Source: Mantamonas sphyraenae STR306 (Eukaryota > Protista > CRuMs). From it: 64,000 nucleotides of DNA. The stretch is from assembly GCA_026936335.1 (NCBI GenBank), contig JAPMXV010000034.1:310001-374000 (forward strand). Direction: 5' to 3'. The notes under the pieces are model-generated. The model was given only the letters and a program-made list of their open reading frames with translations, made no database searches and was not told the DNA's origin. The translations under genes were made by a program, and so were the position numbers. Below are positions 36,043 through 47,585 of this stretch, in pieces. Position 1 is the first letter of the stretch. Each line of letters starts with the position of its first letter.

Positions 36043-39000
36043 GCTACTGCTTCCTGCACTACTGGTCAGGCTCAAGTTGGGCAGGCGTGTCCAGTCCTCG
36101 TACACCCGGTGCTGGTTCTGCTTCAGGCCTCCCAGTCCCGGGCGCAACGACTCTGGCAGCGCCTGCGTGGCGGTGCTCGTGCGCGGCATGTACTGCTGTC
36201 CACGTTCGCGTGCACTTTGCCGTGCCAGGTACGCGTTCTTCAGCATGTCGTCCACCTGCAGCACTGCCTTTTCCACAGCCGCCTTTTCAAACAGAGCGCA
36301 CGCTCGGTCCAGGTTCTCGCGGGTCACAACAACCACCGCTTGCTCGATCGACTTTTGCATCTGCGCGTCCTGCGCATTGCTGATGTTGCTCGACAGCAAC
36401 TGTCTCATGTGAGACTGGATCGACTGCCGCAGGTGGTCCTTGCACGACACCACCGCGTGAGCGCCAACCAGCGTCTGCACCATCATATGCGCCGCACTGC
36501 GCATCTTGCGCTCGTCCGGCTCTGTCGCAAAGTCCTTCATGATCATGTGCGTCGTCGTCGTCGCCGCAATGCCCGACGACCGGTCCACAATCATGGTGAT
36601 GATTTCGCGGATGGCTCTGTCCAGCGCAGCAAACGCAAGTCGTCGCAGGTCCGGGTACTGCTGAAACAGCTCCACACCTGTGTTGATGAAGAAGTAGGAT
36701 CCTTCGCTGCCTCCTCCTCCTCCGCTGCTGCTGACACCCTGCGAACCCGACCCGCCGTTGGCCTTGGCTTGCATGTCTTCGCGTGCCGCCTGCTGCGCCG
36801 CCTGCTGCTGCTGCTGTTGCAACAGCGCGTTGCGTTGCGTAACTTTGTATGCCATGCTGTTCGGTCCGCTGTTCTTGCTGTTGAAGTCGTCGGCCGCAAT
36901 GGGCACAATGTTGGCCAGCAGCGTCGTCGGCGCAAGTTCGTTCAGGTTCACCCCCAGCGCCTGGCACAGGCCGTCGATTTCAAACTTCAGGTTCAGTTTG
37001 AGATCCTCAAACTGGTAGATCTCGCCCAACAAGCGCAGCATGGCCATGGTCCACGGGTTGGGCACGGCAAACACCTTGCCCTTGCCCTTCTTGCAGCCCT
37101 CCAGGGTCTTGGCCACAAACGGGATCACTGCAATCAAGCGAGCCTGCTGGAAAGCTTCCACAATGAGGTTCTTGAAGTGCAACTGCTTGGCCAGCAGCGG
37201 CTTGTTCTTGGCAAGGGTGGTTTTACCAAGCCAGGCGCCAAGGTTCTTGAGCAGCGCGCGCTCGGTGGTGCTGCTTGTGATCTGATCGCTAACCAGCAGC
37301 ACCTGCACGTTGCGCAACACACACACAAGGATCAGCTCGTCCAGCTCGCGTGAGTTGATCTCTTCCACAAACTGCAGGTACACGGCGTGGAAATTGGGCT
37401 CCATAGAGATGCGCTTGACCACCAGGTATTGTGCGAGGAACGGATACACGCTGGGTTTGACCACCTGCATCAGATCTGCGACCTGGCTCTTCAGATTCGC
37501 CTTGCTCAGGTTGTTGAATGTAAAGTGGATTGCGTCCTGCACCTCTTCGTCAGCCAAATGCGACTGGTCCTGGTTGGCCATGAGCAGCGTGTCCACATTC
37601 AGCGAGGTGAACGAAGGCGCAGAGCCCGACAGCATGGTCTTGCCGTTGCCTCCTGCTGCACCTCCGCCTTGGCTCGACGAACCTCGCTTGCCAGCTGCTC
37701 CCTGTTCACGCACAAGGCCACCACTGCTCAGCATGTCGCCCTTTCCTCCTGCGCCTGTGTTTCCTCCGGCCTTGAGCGACTGTTCAATCTGCGACACAGA
37801 CATGGCGTTGATGGCGGCGCCGGCCCCAGCAGACGACGAACTCAGAGGCGCCGCACCCGTGTTCTGGATGATCTTGTCGATGTCGCTGTCCTCGTCGTCC
37901 AGAGAGTGGCCCGTGGAGCTCGATGCACCTGCGCTTGCGCTCGAGCCAATCATGGAGCCCATTGCACCTGCGCTGCCTGCCATTTCGCTCGCACCGGGAG
38001 TGGCCTGCCCGTTGGTAGAGATTTGCTGCAGCAACAGGGCCTGTTGCGTGTTGAGTTCACCTGCGCCACCGTCGGTGCCCATGTCGCCCACAGAGAGGCC
38101 TGTAAGGGTGGGGCTTGCACCGGCCGCATTCAGCGAAGCCTGGCTCAGATCCATCTTTTCCATGGCCTCCACGATTGCCGGGCGGCTTTGACGCAGAGCA
38201 GGGATCTGCAGGAGGTGTGCACAATACATAGGCCACTCCTGAAGGCGCGTGCGGAACTCGTCGATAGCACACAGGCCGAATTTGAACATGCGGCTGTCAG
38301 CTTGGTTGTGCAGTGCGTCGAGGACGTAGCGCAGTGCTACGCCAAGGGGAATGTACGTGACGAGTCCCGTGTTGATGATGGAGCCGAGGAGGCGGCCGGT
38401 GATGCACAGCTCTTCCTCCGGGTAGCGCGGGAAGAAGCGGTACTCGTCAAAGAGGTTGTGGATCATGCAGGCAAAGATGTCCTGTTCCTTCTTGTTCTTG
38501 GAGGTCTTGAAGCGCTGCAGGAGCGCAATGATCTCCTCGATGGAAATGACGCGTGTGTAGATTTTCTGGAACAGAGCGTTTGCGGTGTCCTCGATCTCGC
38601 GAGAAAACTGTTCGCTCTGGCCTGCCGTCGTGTGTCCCGGATCATTGCTGTTGAAGTTGATCAATTTGGGGTTCGCCTGCGCACACGAGGCGTACAGGAG
38701 GCGCAGTTCGTCGACGACTGCTTTGGAAAACTGGTTGACGTTGTCGTTCAGGACGCGGAAGAAGATGATGAGTGTCTCGAGGGAGAGGGCAATGGTGGGC
38801 ACGGAGGAGTCGGTCTGTGCACGCAGCGTCTTGTCCTTGAGGTACTCGATGCAGGCCTTGGCAAAGGTTGTGCCTTCGCGTTGGATGCGCTCCTGCAGCC
38901 ACAGGTCGAGGTTGAGGAACTCGCGGCGTGCAGCCAGAGCGGCAAGGTCGATGACAAACGGGTAGGGTCCCATGTCGAGGATGGAGGTGAGGGCCTTGAG

Positions 39001-41071
39001 CTCCTGGGCAAAGTCGAGGATTCGGCTGAGTGTGTTGCCGTTCTTTTGCGTGAGTTCGACCATGCCCTTGATGACAACCTTGGGCTTGCTTTGCCAGAGT
39101 GTGTGGATGACATTGGAAGAGTTTGGGTGCATCTGGAGGAGGAAGAGGGGCACGAGGACCAGGTAGAGCTCGGAAAGCATGGTGGTCCAGGTGGGATTTG
39201 TCTGGCTGATGCCGAGGAGGAGGATGTCAGGACATTGCTTGATGCCCATTTGGAAGATGTTCCACACGGCAGAGTAGTGCTCGGTCTCTGCGAGTTGGAG
39301 GAGGGTGTTGATGAGGTCGAGGGAGTACCAGTTTGCACGCGGCCCGGCGATGGCGAGACTTTCCGGTGTGTTTGCCTGCAGGTTGGAGGTGTTTGAAAAA
39401 GTGAGCACGTCCATGGGGGCGGCGACGGCGAGGTGGAGGAGGGCGAGCTGGGCAGGAATGTTTGTCCAGCGTCCGAGGAGGTTCTCCACGGGGAAGGGCT
39501 CCTTGGTGGATTTCATGTACACGGCGACAATGAGGAGGAGACCAAGCTGGTCGTGGATGTGGAATTCCTCATGGTCGAGGTGGCGGATGACGAGGGGCCA
39601 GCTGATGCGAGGAAAAAGTTCACGGACGGTGTCGACGAAAACGTCGATGTTCCACGTCTCTGGCTGGGTAGGGTCAACATCGAGGGCGGACGAGTCTGCA
39701 GTGGAAGAAGAGGCTGCGGAGGAGTTGAGGTCGTCGCCTGCGTTGTGACTGAGGGTGTCTGAGTGCATGAGAAGGGCGTCTGTGTCGCCGTCGAGGTCGA
39801 GGCTGATGACAGATGGCTGGAGACCCTTGTGTGTGCGCGCCATCATGCCAACAATGCGTGCAATGTCGACTTCGGAGACGGTGCCTTCCGTGAGGCTGGT
39901 GAGTTGTTGGAGGAGCGTTTGAAAGGTGGCGTGCGTGGACATGCACGGGTACCCAAGGTCTTCGATGACCTTGTAGATCTCGACGGACGAGGCGGTCTCT
40001 GTGACGAGATCGAGGTGGTTAGGCTCGGTGGTGTCAAAGTTGCGCTGGGAGTCGCCAAACTGGAGCTGCACACGGCGAGACGACGAGCGGCGCGAGGGTA
40101 AGGCTCTGCGGAGAGGAGGGCTGGTTGCCGCCAGCTGCGGAGGAGCTGTACAGTTGGCTGAGGAAGGAGGAGACGTTCTTTGAGATCTGCTCGTCCTGAT
40201 GAGTGGCGCAGAAGGCGAGGAGGTTGTGCATGATCCCCGAGTCGATTGTTTCGACGAGCGAGGCGTCCAGGTTCTGCACCTGGGCAAAGAGAAAGTTGAG
40301 GCCTGTGGGAGGGGAAGGACAAGTGCACATGACGGGGCGAGGCAGGGGCGGAGTGAGTACGCGGGACGAGGATGGCGGAGGGCGAGGGAGCGTGCAGCGT
40401 GGGGAAAATCTAGGGCAGGAGGGCAAAAAGCGGAAGGGCGTCCGAGAGCAACTGACCCTCATAGCGGATCTGAGGCTCGATGCTCTGGGCCAGGGCAAGG
40501 CCGACCATGATACGGAGTTCGAGAGTGAGGTTGAGTTGATCTGTGGTGCTCAGAAGAGAGTTCTGTGTGGGACGGGAGGGCGGCTGGCGGTGAGCGAGGT
40601 GCGGAATGGCGCGGGACGAGACATGCGCCGAGGGTGCAGGACGGGAGGAGGAATGGCATGAGCCGGATTGCGGGAGGATGGGCACAAAACGTACCGCAGA
40701 CAGGTTCTCCATGCAGCTAAAAACGCGGTTGATGTCCGAGACAAAGCTGGGCGAGTCCGAAAGGCGAGCAAACTCGCGGGCAAAGAGATCCAAATGCAGG
40801 CTGTCGGCCGTGTTGGCCACATGCTCCTCCATGAGGGCCTGCAGCGTAAAGATGTGTGCGTCGTGACCATAAAGATCGATGAGCTGGGGTACGGGATGGG
40901 GCAGAGTGTGAGCATGGAGTCGAACGGGAGGGTTTCAGGAACTGTGTGTGCGCCGCGCCAGCGTCTTACATGGTGCAATTCTGCTGTGTGTGACTTGACG
41001 GTCTTTTTGTTGATGTCTGCGACGAGGTACCTTATTTGGGACCCGACGAGAAAAGAGAAGGAGCAATTCAT
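33529..41071 (-). CDS. CNOT1: CCR4-NOT complex subunit 1; several 5' introns between ~40070 and 40970
   Basis: QIRYLVADI N-terminus; [116 protein letters not shown]. Confidence 0.97.
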
Positions 41072-41139
41072 TGCCGGCTTCCCAATGTTGGGCGAGCGAG
41101 GGCCGTCGGCATCACGCGACGCAGCACGTGGGATGCTCG

Positions 41140-42558
41140 TCACGCATCGCGAAGCAGCAAATGGGGCCGTGTGTCGATGATATGGAGGATGAGGCGGGCA
41201 AAGAGGGAGTTGGCCATGGCAAACCAGCTGCGTGTGAAGCGGCAGGGTGCATCGACGTTGAAGCTCTCGTGCATGAAATGTGTGTCACATGTGGTGTTCT
41301 TGAGTGTGTGTAGCAGTTGGAGGATTTCCGCGTCGTTGTCGCTGGTGTAGGCCTGCATGACGAGGCTCATGGGCCAAACACTGCCTGCTGGTGTGTGTGG
41401 AGAACCAATTCCCGCAGCGGCGCTACCCTCGAAATAGTAAGGGTTGAGGGGTGAGAGGAGGGCGGCACGCAATTTGCGGTAGCTTTCAGTAGAGAGGATG
41501 TCTGGACTCAGGTACGGGGTGGCGAGCAGGGAGGGCATGTTTGCGTCATCCATCGAGTAGGCGTTGCCAAATCCGTCGAGCTCGTACGGTACACGGCCCA
41601 GCTCATCCTGCTGTGACCATACATGTGTGTCGAGAGCCTGATCGATCGTGTGTGCCAACTGCTCGAGCTGGTTGGCCAGGGTGGGGGCCTGCGCGTGTTT
41701 GTGCAGCAGGGCGGCCAGCGCACGGAGTTGCTGCACAGCCATGACATTGTCGGGCACATTGAAGGGCAACTTTGCAGCGTCGTCGGAGGGGCGGAAACAG
41801 GTTGCGCTAAGGCCCGTGTGGCGGCGGGGAGGTCCAACGGCGTGTTCGAGGGTGTCTGTGGGCACGTAGGTGAGGCGTTCGAAGGAATAATCCTGTGGGG
41901 GTGTGCCAGCTTGGAAATTCTGGATGATTGTAAAGATGGAGTGGATGGCCTGCTGCCACTGGGCGTCTGCAAGAATGGATGCGTCCGCAGTGGCCTCTAC
42001 GTATGCTGTGGAGAGCTGGAGGACAGAGAGCAACGAGTCGAGCTCGTATTTACCCTCAAAGACGGCTGGCCCCATCCTGGGCTTCCTCTGGTCGCTCTGG
42101 TGGCCAGCGCCGTTGGCGTCGTAGTTGAACGCGTTTGCAAACGGATCGAGCAGCACCGAGTGCACCTGGCGGCGCAGGAGGCCGTGGAGCATGTCCTTAA
42201 GGTTTGTATCCTCTGGGGCAAAGCGTAACAGGTGGAAGACCTGGTTGGTTGCGTCGCGTAGCCACATGGCAGGGATGTCGCCCGTCACAACAAAGGTGTC
42301 GTCGGCAGAGGCGTTGACGACGGTGGTGTCCAGGGTGTTGGGCAGGGTGTTGACAACAAGCAAAGCAAGGTCCTGGTCGATGAACCGTGGGATCGTTGCG
42401 TTGAGCCAGGCCTCCACAGCCGGTGACACAAAAAGGCGTTCTCCGGGCGGCGGTCGCTGGTTGTCCACAAGGGGATTCAGAGCAAATGCAAAGGCAACGG
42501 AGCAAACCAAAGAGAACAAAACAAGGGCGAGGGACGACGGGGGCGCACCAGAACGCAT
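41140..42558 (-). CDS. Secreted glycoside hydrolase family 125 (exo-alpha-1,6-mannosidase-like, DUF1237)
   Basis: Signal peptide; PNTLDTT, FVVTGDIPAMWLRD, EGKYELDSL, FRPSDDA, MDDANMPSLL, GIGSPHT, FMHESF, FTRSWFAMANSLF. Confidence 0.93.
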   Translation of the reverse strand: MRSGAPPSSLALVLFSLVCSVAFAFALNPLVDNQRPPPGERLFVSPAVEAWLNATIPRFIDQDLALLVVNTLPNTLDTTVVNASADDTFVVTGDIPAMWLRDATNQVFHLLRFAPEDTNLKDMLHGLLRRQVHSVLLDPFANAFNYDANGAGHQSDQRKPRMGPAVFEGKYELDSLLSVLQLSTAYVEATADASILADAQWQQAIHSIFTIIQNFQAGTPPQDYSFERLTYVPTDTLEHAVGPPRRHTGLSATCFRPSDDAAKLPFNVPDNVMAVQQLRALAALLHKHAQAPTLANQLEQLAHTIDQALDTHVWSQQDELGRVPYELDGFGNAYSMDDANMPSLLATPYLSPDILSTESYRKLRAALLSPLNPYYFEGSAAAGIGSPHTPAGSVWPMSLVMQAYTSDNDAEILQLLHTLKNTTCDTHFMHESFNVDAPCRFTRSWFAMANSLFARLILHIIDTRPHLLLRDA

Positions 42559-42661
42559 GGTTTGGAACGCTGCGAGGGTGGGGTTTGTTTGCATCTGTTC
42601 ACGCGGATGCTTCGCTTGCAGATGGCTTGCATTGAACGCTTGCAGACGGTTTGCATTGGTT

Positions 42662-43771
42662 TCATTCCTCCTTCTCTTCGCCATCCTCCTTCTTGACTGC
42701 ATGTTGTTCGATCTCTTCCATGTCGATGTCGTCTGCGTCGAGGGTTGCTGCGTCCTCTGGGTTTGGAAGCGGGTCGAGGCCGTACTTGGCGACCAGATCG
42801 TCGTACATGGTGTTTTCTCCTCCGTGTTGAGTGAGCAGGTGCTCCTCGGGCAGGATGGCCGCGAGGTCGGCATGGCTGTCGAGAACGACAAACTTGTCCG
42901 AGGTGCGCTTGTTCATGAAGGTCTTGACGACGGAAAAGAGGATGGTGAAGGCGCGGTTGCTGTGCATGACGGCCACACGGAAAAGAGTCTCTGGGTAGTG
43001 GGCCTGCAGCACGGCAAACAGCTCCTTGAGCATGGGAAAGTCGAGGTTGGGCTTGTCGAAGCCACGGCGATCATATACCACCAGGATCTGCTCCACAGGG
43101 CTTCCTTCGGGCACGGTGGCCAGAGCCTCGTCAATGACATAGGTGGCCAGGTTGACGACCTCGTGGGCCTCGCTTTCAGCCTTGAAATGGCGGGCGGCGA
43201 AAAAGTACACGACAGGGTGGCCGCGCTTGTCGAATCCGCAGTTGACCACTTTGCACTTGGCGTACTCCGACTCCACAGTGGAAAACTTCATGGTTCCGCG
43301 TTCCTGGCGCCAGTCGCACGTGGCCAGGATCGCCTCAAACGCGTCCTCGGGCTTGAAGTTGTACGCAATCAGGTAGCGGCGGATCATTGCATCGCTGATG
43401 TCCTGGTCCTCAAAGCCGACGAGCAGTTCCTTGAGCTCGGCCAGTTTCTGAGCGACGGACGTGTCAGTTTCGTGCGCAAGGACCGTGCGAACAAGAGCGG
43501 AAGAAAAACGAGGGTTTGCCAAAAACGTGCTTTGGCTCTCGTCCAGGGCATGCCCTCCATGCAGAGGGGCAGAAAGGCGCGCAGACATCACGGCTTGGGT
43601 GTGTATGGATGGATGGGCATGGAGTGTTGGCCTGCAGAGTGTGCTTTGTGTGTGTGCGGAGGCAAACGCAACGACTGACCTTGCGCTCCTTCTCGTGTAC
43701 TGGTACATTCCCTCCGTGTTGGGGTAGATGCGGTCATCAGGACAATCCTCGTGAGAGCTTCCGTTTCCCAT
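42662..43771 (-). CDS. CRAL-TRIO/Sec14-like lipid-binding protein with a probable N-myristoylation motif; probable intron within ~43545-43680
   Basis: MGNGSS start; SDAMIRRYLIA, WRQE, GFDKRGHPVVY, LQAHYPETL, FSVVKTFMNKRTSDKF, LLTQHGG. Confidence 0.88.
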   Translation of the reverse strand: MGNGSSHEDCPDDRIYPNTEGMYQYTRRSARSVVAFASAHTQSTLCRPTLHAHPSIHTQAVMSARLSAPLHGGHALDESQSTFLANPRFSSALVRTVLAHETDTSVAQKLAELKELLVGFEDQDISDAMIRRYLIAYNFKPEDAFEAILATCDWRQERGTMKFSTVESEYAKCKVVNCGFDKRGHPVVYFFAARHFKAESEAHEVVNLATYVIDEALATVPEGSPVEQILVVYDRRGFDKPNLDFPMLKELFAVLQAHYPETLFRVAVMHSNRAFTILFSVVKTFMNKRTSDKFVVLDSHADLAAILPEEHLLTQHGGENTMYDDLVAKYGLDPLPNPEDAATLDADDIDMEEIEQHAVKKEDGEEKEE

Positions 43772-43921
43772 TGTGTGTGCGGTGTGGCGTGAGTTGTCTT
43801 GGGCAGCGTGGGGCTCCACCCCAACCGCATGGTGACGCAGAAGGAGGAATCAAGATCGAGATTTGTTGGATGTTTTCACGGTTTCGTGCCCATGGAGAAG
43901 CCGTGCACGCAACACAGGCGG

Positions 43922-44476
43922 TCACTGGATGGAGAACGCCGGATCCAACTTGATCCACACGTTCTGCGGCGGCTTGCCGTAGTTGTGGGTGTGCAGGTTG
44001 CTGCTGTACACAAGCTGGTTGGTCTCGTCGGTGACGGCTTTGGTGATGGTGACGAGGCCGGCCTGGCGGTACATGTACACGAGGTCGACGTACTCATCCA
44101 CGCTCTTTGGCACGCCCTGGCTTGCGTCAAACAGGACGACGTAGTCGACCTCGAGTTCGTTGCCCACATAAGTGGCGATGCTCTTGCGGTCCTTGGCCAC
44201 AAAGTCACCGTGCATGTTGTACACGGCGCAGGCGAGGGTGCGCGTGTCGGAAGATTCGGCCGGAGTCACGTTCACAGTGACGTTTTGCGAGGCATAGCAG
44301 GGGGTGAAGCCGGCTTGCACGGATCCACGAAAGGTGCAATCCATGTTGGGGGCGGGAGAAGGCGCGTTGGCACACAGCAGGATGCCCGGGTAGGCCTGCG
44401 AATAGGCAGCGGACACACTGCCGGCCAAGCACAAGACGGCCATAAACAGACAGCAACAAGTCACTCGAGCAGACAT
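43922..44476 (-). CDS. Hypothetical secreted protein (~184 aa, beta-rich, four Cys in the mature part)
   Basis: Signal peptide MSARVTCCCLFMAVLCLAGSVSA; GC3-rich coding-like codon usage; no recognised family. Confidence 0.65.
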   Translation of the reverse strand: MSARVTCCCLFMAVLCLAGSVSAAYSQAYPGILLCANAPSPAPNMDCTFRGSVQAGFTPCYASQNVTVNVTPAESSDTRTLACAVYNMHGDFVAKDRKSIATYVGNELEVDYVVLFDASQGVPKSVDEYVDLVYMYRQAGLVTITKAVTDETNQLVYSSNLHTHNYGKPPQNVWIKLDPAFSIQ

Positions 44477-44630
44477 AAAGGACACTCTGGAGGAGGCGTA
44501 TGTGTTTCTGGTCGGGTGAGAATGGATTGTTTGTGCGACAACGCGCGTTTCAGCTTTCGCCTGGGCATCGCCGCCCAGCCACACACGCTTCCACCACACA
44601 CACGCACACACGCAATCACCAGAGACAACA

Positions 44631-45809
44631 TCAGCGCGCGAGTTGCTGCAGGTGCCACTGGACCTCGTTGGTGCGCTCGACAATTTCGACGTACTCGTTG
44701 ACAAGGGCAGTGAAGGTTCGGCCCGCCTGCTGGTACTGGTCGAGGGCACGGCTGCTTTCCTTGTACTTGGCCTGCACCACTTGGTACTCATCGGCCAGGA
44801 GGGCACGGATTGTGGACAGCGCCTGCAGGGTGTCGGCGTTGTAGGTTTCACTCATGTACTGGTACTTGAGCACGTTGAGCTTGAGGGACATGGTCTGGCA
44901 GCGTGCAAGCAACCATTGAAACACCACCTGGTCGCGCTCGGGCTGGGCCTCGAGCATGAAATCGCGCAGCAGGCGGACAACAAGCTCAAAATTGTCGCCC
45001 AGTACCGCGTACCACTGCCAGAACTGGGCATCCTTGTTGCGTTCGGCCTCCTTCAACTGGGACAGAGCCTTTGGCAGGGCGCGTGTCCTGTTGACGACAC
45101 TGCCTGCGAGAGGCACGATGCGGCCTGCCTGTTCCCCTGCGTACTCACACACTGCATCGCTCTGTCCGCGCACTGTGCGCTCCACGTACTCGTGGATGCC
45201 CGAATCCTGCAGTCGTTTGCTGTTCCAGCTTGTTTGTTGGTCCACCAGCTGCAACACACTCTCGGGCGACACCCCAAACACGTGTGTGTCTTCGTCGCTC
45301 TCGCGTGCTTCGCCTTGGCTCTGCTGCAGCTGCTCCTCCTCCTCCTCACTGTGCAATTTCAATAATAATGACGCCTGTGCGCCAGCCAACACCTGGTCTG
45401 CTCCTTCCAGAATCTATACGTGCACCCAGATGAGTATGACAGGTGCTGCGAGTGTGAGAGTGTGACGCGCGCCAATTTTCCCATTTTGCCTGCCTGCTCT
45501 TTCTACGCCTACCTGCAGCTCTTGCGACTCGCCCATGCGGTACTCGTTGTACCCGTCGCTCTCTGCACACTTGATGTTGTGCACCTCGATGCTCTCTTCC
45601 AACGCAGTCATCAACACCGCACTGCGCGCCCAGCGCTCCTGGGCCCTGGTCCACTCCTGCTCCGCCTCCACCACGCCGGTCTCGTCCAGCATGTGCAGCA
45701 CACTTGCATCCTCAGGATCCAAGTGGGACTCGTGCAGATCCGCCAGGAGTGCTGCCAGGCCCGGATTGGCCTCCAGGAGACCAGGGTCGTCGGTGTGCAC
45801 CCCAAACAT
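44631..45809 (-). CDS. HAUS4: Augmin complex subunit 4; intron ~45414-45512
   Basis: LLEANPGLAALLADL N-terminus; WLLARCQTMSLKL..SETYN..YQQAGRTFTALVNEY..WHLQQL matches the HAUS4 C-terminus. Confidence 0.8.
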
Positions 45810-45910
45810 TCGTTCGTTCGCTCGCTTGCCTTGCACCACTGTGCGCATGGGAGATTGGCACGAAACAGATGCAGAGTTCATTCGGGTTGTTTGATTTGTT
45901 CTCTTCCTGC

Positions 45911-47402
45911 TCACTGCTTGAACTGCTCCATGAGCGAGCGGCCGATGAGGAAGCGGCGGACTTCGGAGGTGCCTGCACCGATCTCGTACAGCTTGGCGTC
46001 ACGAAGGAAGCGGCCAGTGGGATAGTCAGAGGTGTAGCCGACGCCGCCGAGAGCCTGAATGGACTGAAGGGCAATCTGGGTTGCGGTTTCAGCGCAGAGG
46101 AGGATGACACCGGCGCAGTCGCGGCCCTGAGCTCCCTGCTGGTCAGTGACGCGTGCGGTAGAGTACAGGTAGGAACGGCAGGCACCCATCATGGTGTACA
46201 TGTCGGCCAGCTTGCCCTGCATCAGCTGGAAGTTGCCGATGGGCTGTTCAAACTGCTTGCGCTCGTTGACGTAGGGCACGACGACATCCATGCAGGCCAG
46301 CATAAGACCTGTGGGGCCGGCGGAAAGGACGAGGCGCTCGAGGTCGAGGCCGCTCATGAGCACCTGCACGCCGCGGTCGGTGACGCCGAGGACGTTCTCC
46401 TCGGGCACCTCGCAATCTTCAAACACCAGTTCGCAGGTGTTTGAGCCACGCATGCCCAGCTTGTCGAGCTTCTGGGCGGTGGAGAAGCCCGGAAAGTCCT
46501 TTTCGATGATAAAGGCAGTGATGCCCTTGCTTCCGCCGTCGGGCTGGGTCTTGGCGTACACCACCAGCGTGTCTGCGTCCGGTCCATTCGTGATCCACAT
46601 CTTGTTGCCGTTGAGCACGTAGCGGCCGTCCTTCTTGACTGCGTTCAGCTTCATGGACACCACGTCGGAGCCTGCGCCGGGCTCGCTCATGGCCAGCGCT
46701 CCCACGTGCTCGCCCGAGATCAGCTTGGGCAGATACTTCTGCTTCTGCTCCTCGTTTCCATTGCGTGCAATTTGATTCACGCACAGGTTCGAGTGTGCGC
46801 CGTAGCTCAAAGCCACTGCGCCCGACGCACGGGACAGCTCCTCCATTGCAATCACGTGCTCCGTGTACCCGAGCCCGGCGCCCCCGTACTCCTCCGACAC
46901 CGTGATACCCAACAGTCCCATGTCGCCCATTTTGCGCCACATGTCCTGTACACGCGTACGCCCGCACGAGTGAGATCCCGTCAGTGTGTGAGTGAGTGTC
47001 CGTCGGCGCGGCGAGGTTTGGCGGACGGGAAAAAGTGCCGAGCTTGCCCACAACAGAGCGTGCCTACCTGCGGAAAGTCGTTTGCACGGTCGATGTCGTC
47101 GGCACGCGGTGCCAATTCCTTCTGTGCAAACTGGTGTACGCTTTCGCGCAGCTGTGGTTGTTTGTCGCGTTGCCCAACAGGTGCAGGTAGGGAGGGTGGG
47201 GTCAGTGGATGGTCCGTTAGCGTTGTCAACGGGCCCCGTCGTCCACACACGTGCCACTCACCGCCTCTTGCGTGTCTGTCAGCTGGGCCATGCTGTTGCC
47301 CAGCTCGATGGCATAGCCTCGCGAGGCACCGGTGCTGTGTTGCAGTGCAGACGCCGCGCTTGCGGCGGCCGAGGAGGTTTTGGACGAGAGACGAGAAAAC
47401 AT
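45911..47402 (-). CDS. IVD: Mitochondrial isovaleryl-CoA dehydrogenase; two introns near the 5' end
   Basis: Presequence; [82 protein letters not shown]. Confidence 0.97.
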
Positions 47403-47585
47403 GACTGAGACGATGAGGATGTGTGGAGGCATGTGTGTGTGTCAGTGTGTGTGTGTGTGTGTGTGCTCATAGGTCACAAAACAGGGGGCGGGGTGTGATC
47501 AATCTCAAGGGCGCACCTTGTGCCTTGCGTCGAGCTTGGTTTCAGGGTGGTTTGCCAAGTGCGTTGAAACAATCCCATGTCAACT

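Noticed and set aside
41140-42891. 583-aa GH125 ORF overlapping the CRAL-TRIO gene
   Set aside because: The upstream extension is just an open frame; the signal peptide indicates a start near 42558.
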